Source: Okeania sp. (GTDB lineage: Bacteria > Cyanobacteriota > Cyanobacteriia > Cyanobacteriales > Microcoleaceae). Taken from it: 32,000 nucleotides of DNA. The translations under genes were made by a program, and so were the position numbers. Positions 17,826 through 26,015 of this stretch are shown here, piece after piece. The DNA is taken from positions 1-32,000 of the forward strand of contig NZ_JAYKGW010000013.1 in assembly GCF_035285525.1 (NCBI RefSeq), written 5' to 3'. Position 1 is the stretch's first letter. Every line of letters starts with the position of its first letter. The notes beneath the pieces are model-generated. The model did not search any database and was not told the DNA's origin. It was given only the letters and a program-made list of their open reading frames with translations.

Positions 17826-17905
17826 GTAGGGACGTATCGCTGCGCGACATGGAAAGCGGAGCATTCCGGAACGGAAAACGCATTTTTGTTATGCAACGTC
17901 CCTAC
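17826..17905. repeat. Palindromic small repeat (GTAGGGACGT...ACGTCCCTAC) split by a nested insertion
   Basis: GTAGGGACGT at 17826-17835 and ATGCAACGTCCCTAC ending at 17905, with about 50 nt between them that includes CGCGACATGGAAAGCG. Uninterrupted short versions are at 1602-1630, 5289-5312 and 17643-17672. Confidence 0.7.
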
Positions 17906-17941
17906 TGCCTTGGTGAAAAGACTTCCATAAGCAAACCCTAA

Positions 17942-18157
17942 TTAGGATTTGCTGAATAAATATGAAAGCATTTACATATAAAGCTTTTAGCAATTTTATG
18001 TCGGAAAAAAGTACCAGCTTTTAGGTCAAAAAGGTACAAAAAGTTAGCAGAAAAAGTTTAGCAGGACAGAAAAATCAAGAGAGAATTCTTACTTCTACTT
18101 CCTCTATAACTTTTATTCCTGCTGACTCTTAACTACTCCCTACTCCCTACTCCCTAA
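17942..18157 (+). repeat. Family E MITE-like element abutting the purN stop codon
   Basis: TTAGGATTTGC, then AAAGCTTTTAGC, then GAAAAAAGTACCAGCTTTTAGGTCAAAAAGGT, then CTCTATAACTT, ending ACTCTTAACTACTCCCTACTCCCTACTCCCTAA. It is collinear with 23678-23945 and, inverted, with 1551-1800. Confidence 0.7.
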
Positions 18158-18814
18158 TTATTGATTTTTTGATGCAGCAAGAGCAATAGCACCGACAATA
18201 ATTTTATGTTCTTGAACTTGGATTCTTTCGTGGAGAGTTTCTGCTGTATCATCAGGTAAAATTGGAACAGCAGCTTGCATTAAAATCTGACCATTATCTA
18301 CTTCTACATCTACTAAATGTACCGTACAACCAGTTATTTTTACTCCAGCATTTAAAGCTTGTTCAACTCCTTTTATCCCTTTGAAACTAGGCAATAAACT
18401 AGGATGAATATTAATAATTTGATTGGGAAAAGCATCTATTAAAACTTTAGTAACAATTCGCATCCAACCAGCCATAATTACCCACTCTACATCATATTCT
18501 TGTAAAGTTTTAACGATTTTACTATCAAATTCTTCTCTATTTTTAGATTTTCGATGATTTAACAATACCGATGGAACACCCCACTTTTCAGCTCGGAATA
18601 CAACTTTAGCATCAGGATTGTTATAAATCATTACCTGAATTTGAGCATTTAATTTTTGATTATTTATTGCTTCTGCAATAGCCTCAAAATTACTGCCACT
18701 ACCAGAAGCTAAAATTCCCAATTTTAGAGGGAAATTTTGTGAAAAATTACTGTCAGGAATAGCTGGAGAAATTAGACAAGAATTAACATTAGGTGTTGAA
18801 ATTTGAGTTGTCAT
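18158..18814 (-). CDS. purN: Phosphoribosylglycinamide formyltransferase
   Basis: 218 aa. LGILASGSGSNFEAI, AGWMRI and NIHPSLLPSFKGIKGVEQAL motifs. It has an N-terminal extension of about 28 aa. Confidence 0.92.
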   Translation of the reverse strand: MTTQISTPNVNSCLISPAIPDSNFSQNFPLKLGILASGSGSNFEAIAEAINNQKLNAQIQVMIYNNPDAKVVFRAEKWGVPSVLLNHRKSKNREEFDSKIVKTLQEYDVEWVIMAGWMRIVTKVLIDAFPNQIINIHPSLLPSFKGIKGVEQALNAGVKITGCTVHLVDVEVDNGQILMQAAVPILPDDTAETLHERIQVQEHKIIVGAIALAASKNQ

Positions 18815-18907
18815 TTTTTTTCAAATAGATTTTCACATTTTATCATAAGGGTAAGGCAAGAAAGAAGAAAGAAGAAAGAAGCTTTAAGAGAAGAAAAAAT
18901 CTTAATC

Positions 18908-19039
18908 AGGACTTACGCAAAGGTGCTATATATAGTATTTCGGTGCGTTACGAAGTGAGCTTTTCATGTCGCCCAGCGTTTCATATCGGCTCAAGCGCCG
19001 AAAACACAACCTAATAATAGCGTTCATGGCTTTAGTCCT
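18908..19039. repeat. MITE-like element, family A
   Basis: AGGACTTACGCAAAG at the left and GGCTTTAGTCCT at the right. The internal segments match 15129-15283. Confidence 0.7.
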
Positions 19040-19128
19040 GTTAATATGGCGGTAGATATTTCTTGCAAAGAAACCGGGTTTCTGGGTCATGGCATTTGAA
19101 TCTTTCTTTCCTTTCTGCCTTCCTTAAA

Positions 19129-19326
19129 ATTGTTATAAATCATTAGTTGAATTTGAGCATTTAATTTTTGATTATTTATTGCTTCTGCAATAACTTCAAA
19201 ATTACTTCCATTACCAGAAGCTAAAATCCCCAATTTTAAAGGATAATGTTGTGGTAAATTATTCTCATAAATAGCTGGATAAATTAGACAATAACTAACA
19301 TTATGTGTGGGAATTTCAGTTGTCAT
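19129..19326 (-). pseudogene. Partial duplicate of the purN 5' end (first ~66 codons), truncated
   Basis: MTTEIPTHNVSYCLIYPAIYENNLPQHYPLKLGILASGNGSNFEVIAEAINNQKLNAQIQLMIYNN parallels purN residues 1-66. Nucleotide similarity to 18615-18814 is obvious by eye. Homology ends at 19129, where a CCTTTCTGCCTTCC repeat begins. Confidence 0.85.
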
Positions 19327-19376
19327 TTTTTTCAAAAGAAAGAAGTTGCTATAGGTTGGAAAAACCTTACCAAACA

Positions 19377-19541
19377 ATTAATAATTAATAGTTAATAATT
19401 AATAATCAAGAGTTTATAGTCAATAATTATTCATTCAACAATTTACGCCTGGAAGCCCGACCAAGGATTGGGGAGAAATACAAAATTTTCCTTTTAGTCA
19501 ATTCCCTTCTTTTAAGAAGGGGTAATTATTAATTATTAATT
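19377..19541 (-). repeat. Family F element with inverted AATTAAT arrays (reverse-complement copy of 5501-5653)
   Basis: GTTTATAGTCAATAATTATTCATTCAACAATT at one end of the core and AGTCAATTCCCTTCTTTTAAGAAGGGGTA at the other match the reverse complement of 5522-5632. Heptamer arrays lie on both sides. Confidence 0.75.
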
Positions 19542-19648
19542 TTTCATTGTTAATTGCTGAAAGAAGGTAGATATTTCCCAACTTTTTACGCAAACGATAT
19601 CCCCCACGGATATGATATCACACATCATTTAGGTTGACTTTCTTTTCT

Positions 19649-20599
19649 ATAGAACCTCTAAAGGTATCTTTAAAAATTTAGGCGATCGCTAATCTCCTAA
19701 GCATCAGTCGAATAAAACAAAGATTAATCTTGGCTGTGACGTGTTCAAGAGTTCTCTCAAAATTTTTGCTCAAGCTTTTACATCTTTCCATCCAAGAGTT
19801 AGTTCTTTCTACCACCCCAAGCTCTCACTGGAACCAATCCTGTTTTTTCCAGATTCTCTTTCTCCACTTTTGATGGCTTGGGGGAGAGTTGAAACCGAAT
19901 CTTAGTCATAATCCCTGGATAAATTTTCTGTAACTCCTGTATGATTTTTTCGCTCTTGGTATCCATTGTCAAGTCAAATCGTAATTTTAGGAATATTGAC
20001 TGGTTTAGATTTAAAGTAATCAATATTGTCGGATAACATTTCAATTAATCCGACATCATCGGATATTGATGCTTTAGTGCAATCAGTAAAAAAAGGAAAA
20101 CCTAGACTATCTACTGCGATATGCCTCTTAATTCCATTATTTGCCTTGTAAAAACAGAATCCTTTGGACTCTACACGCTTCATTGCAAGTATTTTTCACT
20201 GCTTGTGAATCAATGATGATTAAACTTGTCCATTTGGCTTTTTTTTGACTTTTTGGCGTACTTGAGCGTGTAAAACATCTCTAATATTCTCAATTACTCC
20301 TTGAGAGCGCCACTGTTTGTAATGCCAAAAAACTGTGGAGTAATGGGGTAAGTCCTTAGGCAAATCACACCAATTACAACCATTCTTAAGTTGGCAGAGG
20401 ATACCATCAAGTATTTGCCTTTTAGTCCATTTTGTTGGACAAGTCTTCTTCTTTTTTGGTATGGGATGGTTCAATCAGAACCCATTCTTTATCTGTCAAA
20501 CTGCTTGAATATCCCATTTACCCAAATCTTGGTTGTCATAAATGGCGATCGCTACTTAAGTATAACCAATTCCTGAAAAGATACCCTTAGGGGTTCTAT
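19649..20599 (-). mobile_element. IS5-family insertion sequence (two-ORF orfA/orfB type), decayed
   Basis: Inverted repeats: ATAGAACCTCTAAAGGTATCTTT at 19649-19671, and AAAGATACCCTTAGGGGTTCTAT at 20577-20599 (21/23 when reverse-complemented). They enclose IS5-type transposase fragments over 951 bp. Confidence 0.8.
19678..20517 (-). pseudogene. IS5-family transposase, multiply frameshifted
   Basis: The pieces MGYSSSLTDKEWVLIEP, KWTKRQILDGILCQLKNGCNWCDLPKDLPHYSTVFWHYKQWR, IIIDSQAVKNTCN, VESKGFCFYKANNGIKRHIAVDSLGFPFF, QELQKIYPGIMTKIRFQLSPKPS and VVERTNSWMERCKSLSKNFERTLEHVTAKINLCFIRLMLRR lie in different frames. That is more breaks than a single programmed frameshift would explain. Confidence 0.8.
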
Positions 20600-20742
20600 G
20601 AGCAAAACCTACTTACAGCGCTTCCCGTTGTCCGTGAGGTATATCTATCGCCGACAAGATTCCCGCACTACAATAATTTTACAATTCAAACGTGTACCTT
20701 ATTTCTCTTGGTCTATTAGATATGGCGTACTTCGGAGCAGGT

Positions 20743-20882
20743 CTGTAATATAGAATCCGGTTACAAGTGTATATGTTCATAATTCTATCTACACTTTCTA
20801 CTCCCCATCCCCCCATCCCCCCATCCCCCCATCTCCCTATCCCAACTATATAACAATTATTTAACCGGATTTGATATAAGAG
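20743..20882. repeat. Inverted-repeat element enclosing a (CCCCCAT)n heptamer array
   Basis: The arms are CTGTAATATAGAATCCGGTT (20743-20762) and AACCGGATTTGATATAAGAG (20863-20882), about 16/20 complementary. The array CCCCATCCCCCCATCCCCCCATCCCCCCATCTCCCTATCCC is at 20803-20841. Confidence 0.6.
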
Positions 20883-21030
20883 CAGGTTTCCTCGCCATCC
20901 CATCCTTCCGGAGACTCCGCTTTTCATGTCGTGCAACGAAACGACCGCTGCCCGAAATATACTGTAAATACCTGAAATTTAGATACACAACAAAGTGATT
21001 TTTCAAATTACTCTCTAAATCCTTCAGCCT

Positions 21031-22113
21031 TCATTTTTTCCCTTCTGCCTTCCTTCTCAACCAATGTGCTGCACTTAACCCAGAAGTAAAAGCACTTTCA
21101 ATATTATCTCCACCACACCAGTCACCAACACCTACTAATGGCAATGGTATTTCTGTAGTCAGACAAGAAACAGCTAAAGCTTGACGACAAAAAGCATAAC
21201 GCCATCGGTGAACTTGTAACCATTCTGGGTCTCTTAACCACGGCAACAACTTTTGTGCTGTATGCTCCAATATTTTTTTCCCTATTGGTGGTAAGTCTGG
21301 GGATTCGAGGTGAGTAGTAGCAAATTTGGCGCTACTTTGAATCACAAATACAGGTTGACTCGCGTCCTGTCTTTTACTGCTATCAAGACCTACCCAGTCC
21401 AGATACTCATCATTAGAGAAAGCGATCGCTCGCCATTCTGGTAAATTTTCTTGTAGTGCCTGAGAATATCCTGCCATTACTGTGATACAAGGATCATATT
21501 CTACCAAACGTAGATGCTCAAGAAATTCTGGCTGTATTTCCGCAATAGGTTTTTCTAAAATTGCTAAAGCTTGAGGTGCAGGAATTGCTAAAACTACAGC
21601 TTTTGCCATTACTTCTGTTGGTTTTTCAGTAGCAGCATCATTAGTAATTTCCAAAGTCAAATACCAATTTTTCTCTGCTAGTTGTTGTATCGTTTGTACT
21701 CGCCGACTGAACCAAATATCTAAACCTTCAGCCAGAAATTTGCCGACAGAATTCATTCCCTGGGGTGCGATATAACAATTTTTGGTCGTCGGAAGTAGTA
21801 ATTCCTGGGGGTGAATTAGTTCATAAGTTTTATCTGTCCAAAGTTGGATAATTGGTTTGGTATCGATGTTATTTTTTTTTATTTTTTGATTATCAATTAA
21901 TTGTTGCCAAAATTTACCTCTAGGTTCAAGGTAACGTACTCCATGATCGGCGCGACTTCCTGAAACTCGGCGAGTTGCCATGCGACCCCCCACTCCTCTA
22001 GATTTTTCTAGCACTACTACCGAATAACCCATCTGCTGTAATTCTTGGGCGCAGACTAAACCAGCGATACCTGCACCAATGACAGCAATATCAAATTTTT
22101 GCGGTTTGTTCAT
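21031..22113 (-). CDS. NAD(P)/FAD-dependent oxidoreductase (amine oxidase/renalase-like)
   Basis: FDIAVIGAGIAGLVCAQELQQMGYSVVVLEKSRGVGGRMATRR dinucleotide-binding N-terminus and a C-terminal GDWCGG motif. I place the start at ATG 22113 (MNKPQKF) rather than the TTG at 22134. Confidence 0.85.
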   Translation of the reverse strand: MNKPQKFDIAVIGAGIAGLVCAQELQQMGYSVVVLEKSRGVGGRMATRRVSGSRADHGVRYLEPRGKFWQQLIDNQKIKKNNIDTKPIIQLWTDKTYELIHPQELLLPTTKNCYIAPQGMNSVGKFLAEGLDIWFSRRVQTIQQLAEKNWYLTLEITNDAATEKPTEVMAKAVVLAIPAPQALAILEKPIAEIQPEFLEHLRLVEYDPCITVMAGYSQALQENLPEWRAIAFSNDEYLDWVGLDSSKRQDASQPVFVIQSSAKFATTHLESPDLPPIGKKILEHTAQKLLPWLRDPEWLQVHRWRYAFCRQALAVSCLTTEIPLPLVGVGDWCGGDNIESAFTSGLSAAHWLRRKAEGKK

Positions 22114-22537
22114 AATTTTTATTATTAAAATCAATCTTTCATGTTAAAATAACTAGCTGGTTAACTTCAATGTGGTAGTGGACTTACACACTCAAACAAA
22201 AAATTGGGTTTATTGCCATAACTATTGTTTTTCAAATCTAGAAATTTGCTTAATAAACCAGGTTTATACTTACTTATAACAGTCGAAGCAAAGCTTAAGA
22301 GATTTCTACATCCTGTTTGCGGAGCATTTCCCTATACAAAAAATCCTTTGAGATTCTACTGTTCCTTCTCTTTGGGAGGCTTTCCTTACGGAAAGCTTCG
22401 CAAACGCTAACGACCGCTGTTTTCTGTTCCCTGTTCCTTGTTCCCTAGCGCTATAAGTTCTAATTACTTTGGTAGTTAGTCTACTTAAATTGAATTGTAT
22501 AATAATAGTGCTTTGTGGTCGTGGAGGAAAGATTAAT

Positions 22538-23359
22538 TTGGATGAACTAACAGCAGCACTGGAATTAGCAACAGAAGAGGAGTTACAACAGTTAACAGAG
22601 CTTTTGTTTGGACGTGGAATAAATCCTTTGGATTATTTCCAGACTCCTCTACCAATAGATGTACAAAGTCGTGATCGCGATGCTTGGTTAGATGCACTAG
22701 ACCAGAGATTTCGTTATTTGGTCGCAGATGGTATGACGGTATTACGGGGAAATACTCGAAAAGTAACTTATCGACAAGCTTTAATTAAGGTATGTGGTTA
22801 TCTAAAAATTCCCTATTCTCAAAAAATTTCTACTACTGATTTAGAAGCAGAGGTATTTCTCCATGTTTTAGGCCGAACCTGGAAAAATTTGCCTAGCTCG
22901 GAACAGGATATTCTAACCAAAAATATAAAAAACTCTCTTGCAGAGTTTTACTTACCTCAACCTCTACCAATATCAATACAAAATAATCCATTAAATTTAC
23001 TATTTAAAGGTAGCACTGCTTTTGCAGTGAGTTCGGTATTGAAGCCAATATTACTAAAAGAGTTAGCTCATCAATTTGCAATTCATTTTGCTAAATATCA
23101 AGTGGCAAAGGCAGCATTAGTCAGAGGTGGAGCAACAGCAGCAACTCAGTTTCAAAGTCACATTGCGATACAAATGGCTAATCGGGGGATGGCTATTAGT
23201 GCAGCTCGTTATGGGGCAGTACGAACAGCTTTAGGATTTTTAGGTCCGATGTTGTGGACTTGGTTTTTAGCAGATTTAGGTTGGAGAGCGATCGCTACGA
23301 ATTATGGTCGTGTGATTCCTGCTATTTTTGTTGTAGCCCAAATCAGGTTGTTGAATTAG
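22538..23359 (+). CDS. YaaW/UPF0174-like conserved protein
   Basis: The acidic N-terminus (ELATEEELQQLTELLF), central RKVTYRQALIKVCGYLKIPYS and C-terminal Ala/Gly-rich segment ending IPAIFVVAQIRLL resemble the YaaW family from memory. The likely start is TTG 22538, 9 nt after GGAGGA. The upstream part of the ORF-track call is probably not translated. Confidence 0.55.
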   Translation: MDELTAALELATEEELQQLTELLFGRGINPLDYFQTPLPIDVQSRDRDAWLDALDQRFRYLVADGMTVLRGNTRKVTYRQALIKVCGYLKIPYSQKISTTDLEAEVFLHVLGRTWKNLPSSEQDILTKNIKNSLAEFYLPQPLPISIQNNPLNLLFKGSTAFAVSSVLKPILLKELAHQFAIHFAKYQVAKAALVRGGATAATQFQSHIAIQMANRGMAISAARYGAVRTALGFLGPMLWTWFLADLGWRAIATNYGRVIPAIFVVAQIRLLN

Positions 23360-23574
23360 TTTTAGGAAGGAGTCAGGAGTCAGAAGTCAGAATATACAGG
23401 GGATTTCACCTTGGTGAGGTAGACTTACGCAGGCTTTCCGGCCTGCACCAATATTTTATTTGCCATAATTTATCTTGTACCTCATTTACCCGAAATAGGC
23501 TCTAAAAAGATTTTGATTTATCTTACTTAATTGTTCTTAAATATCTCATAGATCATTCCTAATTACTATGTTTT

Positions 23575-23945
23575 TTGAACTACTTTCTCTATAACTTCCT
23601 GCTTCTCCTTACTCTTAACTACTCCCTACTCCCTTGCCTGATCAAAAAGACTTTTTCAGCAAACCCTAATTAGTAATTTAGGGTTTGGGTATGGAAATAT
23701 AAAAGCATTCATAGATAAAGCTTTGAGAAATTTTAGATAGGGAAAAAGTACCAGCTTTTAGGTCAAAAGGGTTAAAAAGTTAGTATAAAAGGCTGACACA
23801 AGAGTAGAAAAATTAAGAGACAATTATTCCAACTAATTCCTCTGTAACTCCTATTCCTCATAAATTCCCCTCCTGGGAGGGGTTAGGGGTGGGTTGACTC
23901 CCTACTCCCTACTCCCTACCTTCACCATCAGACTTTTTCACACTC
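23575..23945 (+). repeat. One partial and one full family E element, head to tail
   Basis: The first piece ends AAAAAGACTTTTTCAGCAAACCCTAA (about 23669). The second starts TTAGGGTTTGGGTATGGAAATATAAAAGC (23678) and ends CTCCCTACTCCCTACTCCCTACCTTCACCATCAGACTTTTTCA. It has a nested CCCCTCCTGGGAGGGG hairpin insertion near 23870. Confidence 0.7.
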
Positions 23946-23964
23946 ATTATATTTATCAAAAAAA

Positions 23965-25575
23965 ATGCGTTTATTTACCACTATTGCTGGTTTACGTTGC
24001 TACTTAAATTTACTTCAAAATGAATCACAAAAATCTGCCTATACTATTGGTTTAGTTCCAACAATGGGAGCTTTACATGAAGGACATTTAAGTTTAATTA
24101 AACGAGCAAAAGAAGAAAATAAAATTACGGTTGTTAGTATTTTTGTTAATCCTTTACAGTTTGCTCCTACAGAAGATTTTCAACAATATCCCCGACAGTT
24201 AGAAGCAGATAAAAAACTTTGTGAAAAAGAGGGAGTAGATGTAATTTTTGCTCCTACTCCGGAAACAATGGGTATGGAAAATGAGCTATCAACTAACGCT
24301 CAAAATAATACAACTACAATTGTTCCTCCAGCTCAAATGACATCAATTATGTGTGGGATTTCTAGACCTAACTTTTTTCAAGGAATAGCAACAGTTGTTA
24401 CTAAATTATTAAATTTAGTTCAGCCAAACAATGCTTATTTTGGTCAAAAAGATGCTCAACAATTAGCAATTATTAAACAATTAGTCAAAGACCTAAGCTT
24501 GCCAATTAATATTGTTTCTTGCCCAATCATTCGCGAACCTTCAGGATTAGCTATTAGTTCTCGAAATCAATATTTAACTGCTGAACAAAAACAGCAAGCT
24601 TCCATACTTTATAATTCTCTTGATTATGGTAGAAAAATATTTTTAGAGAATCGAGACACCCCAAATATTGTCAAAAAAATTAAAGATGCTGTAACAGAAA
24701 AATTAGCACTTCAACCAACAGTAAAACTAGAATATTTAGAAATAGTTCATCCTGAAACTTTACAACCTTTAGAAAATATTCAAAATATAGCCTTATTAGC
24801 GATCGCTGCTCATCTTGGAGCTTGCCGTTTAATAGATAATATACTCTTGAGAAACCGTCAACCCATAATTGCCATAGATGGACCTGCTGGTGCTGGTAAA
24901 TCCACAGTTACTAAATTACTAGGAAAAAATCTAGGACTTTTGTACTTAGATACGGGGGCAATGTATCGTGCTGTGACATGGATGGTATTGCAAACTGGTA
25001 TATCAATTACCGACCAAGCTCAAGTAGCAGAATTAGTCAGTCAATGTCAAATTAGCTTTGATGGACCAGAGAATAATCAAGTCATAATCAATGGCCATGA
25101 CGTTACAGAAGCAATTCGGGGTCGGGAAGTAACAAATCATGTTTCAACTATTGCAGCCCAGCCTACAGTAAGGTATTTTATGGTAAAACAACAACAACTA
25201 TTTGGAACAAAAGGAGGGATAGTAGCAGAAGGACGAGATATTGGTACTCATGTATTTCCCAATGCTGAAGTCAAGATTTTTTTGACAGCTTCAGCAAGAG
25301 AGCGAGCGCAACGGCGACTACTAGAATTACAACAGAAAGGTCAAACAAATATCACTTTAGAAGAAATAGAAAAAGATATTATTAATCGAGACCAAAAAGA
25401 TAGTAACCGAGAAGTTTCTCCCTTGCGAAAAGCTGCAGATGCTATAGAAATTAATACTGATGGTTTAAGCATAACTGAAGTCACTGAAAAAATTGTTGAT
25501 ATTTATCAAAAAATTTGTTCAGAAAAAGACTTTCCAGACGCAAACCCTAATCAGGGCTGGCGTCTGGAAATATAA
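23965..25575 (+). CDS. panC/cmk: Bifunctional pantoate--beta-alanine ligase / cytidylate kinase
   Basis: N-terminal PanC (GLVPTMGALHEGHLSLI, FGQKDAQQ) fused to C-terminal Cmk (IAIDGPAGAGKSTV, GRDIGTHVFP). This fusion is typical of cyanobacteria. The last ~18 codons overlap a dispersed repeat. Confidence 0.95.
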   Translation: MRLFTTIAGLRCYLNLLQNESQKSAYTIGLVPTMGALHEGHLSLIKRAKEENKITVVSIFVNPLQFAPTEDFQQYPRQLEADKKLCEKEGVDVIFAPTPETMGMENELSTNAQNNTTTIVPPAQMTSIMCGISRPNFFQGIATVVTKLLNLVQPNNAYFGQKDAQQLAIIKQLVKDLSLPINIVSCPIIREPSGLAISSRNQYLTAEQKQQASILYNSLDYGRKIFLENRDTPNIVKKIKDAVTEKLALQPTVKLEYLEIVHPETLQPLENIQNIALLAIAAHLGACRLIDNILLRNRQPIIAIDGPAGAGKSTVTKLLGKNLGLLYLDTGAMYRAVTWMVLQTGISITDQAQVAELVSQCQISFDGPENNQVIINGHDVTEAIRGREVTNHVSTIAAQPTVRYFMVKQQQLFGTKGGIVAEGRDIGTHVFPNAEVKIFLTASARERAQRRLLELQQKGQTNITLEEIEKDIINRDQKDSNREVSPLRKAADAIEINTDGLSITEVTEKIVDIYQKICSEKDFPDANPNQGWRLEI

Positions 25576-26015
25576 AAGTCTTTACAAATAAAGATTATAG
25601 CCTTTTTCGAGCCTTGAAAAAGTTCCAGTTTCTCAGCTAAAAATACCAAAAAGTACGGTTCCCGAGAAATAGGATTTTAGGGAAGTCAAGGGTAGAAAAA
25701 CCACGGAAAAATTATTCCTCCTGCTGTCTCTGTCTTCCCACCCTTCTCACACTTTGCTTTCCATACGCAAACCCTAATTAGGGCTGGCGTCTGCAAATAT
25801 AAAAGCCTTGACAGATAAAGCTAAAAGCATTTTTAGGTAGGGAAAAAGTATCTGGTTTACGGTTCCCGAAAAATCAGTTCAACCATGCACAGTACGATTC
25901 CCGATAAGTCAGTGAACAATCAAAAAGTTACCATTTTCGGCACATCGTTGGGCTAAAAAAAGTACTTTAGATCTCCCCTACTCCTTAAAAAATACTTTTT
26001 CAGCAAACCCTAATT
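25521..26015 (+). repeat. Two tandem family E-like units between panC/cmk and the deacetylase gene
   Basis: GACGCAAACCCTAATCAGGGCTGGCGTCTGGAAATATAAAAG (25537-25578) recurs as ACGCAAACCCTAATTAGGGCTGGCGTCTGCAAATATAAAAG (about 25765-25805). Both units contain GTACGGTTCCCGAGAAAT-like segments. The array ends CAGCAAACCCTAATT at 26015. Confidence 0.7.

Noticed and set aside
17270-17941. ORFs 17270-17458 (-), 17409-17621 (-) and 17681-17941 (+)
   Set aside because: The first is antisense to clpS. The other two are read-through of nested MITE-like repeats (family B copy, palindromic GTAGGGACGT element, family E end).
20391-20936. ORFs 20391-20576 (+) and 20679-20936 (-)
   Set aside because: The first is antisense within the IS5 element. 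The second is translated from the (CCCCCAT)n array (giving GWGDGGMGGWG) and flanking inverted repeats.
22225-22410. 61-codon ORF in the oxidoreductase/YaaW-like intergenic region
   Set aside because: It spans the solo IS630 repeat and other dispersed repeat fragments (TTCGCAAACGCT), has a TTG start, no RBS and no recognisable domain.
23254-23505. ORF overlapping the 3' end of the YaaW-like gene
   Set aside because: It is an out-of-frame overlap with a better-supported CDS and continues into heptamer repeats (GGAGTCAGGAGTCAGAAGTCAGAAT).
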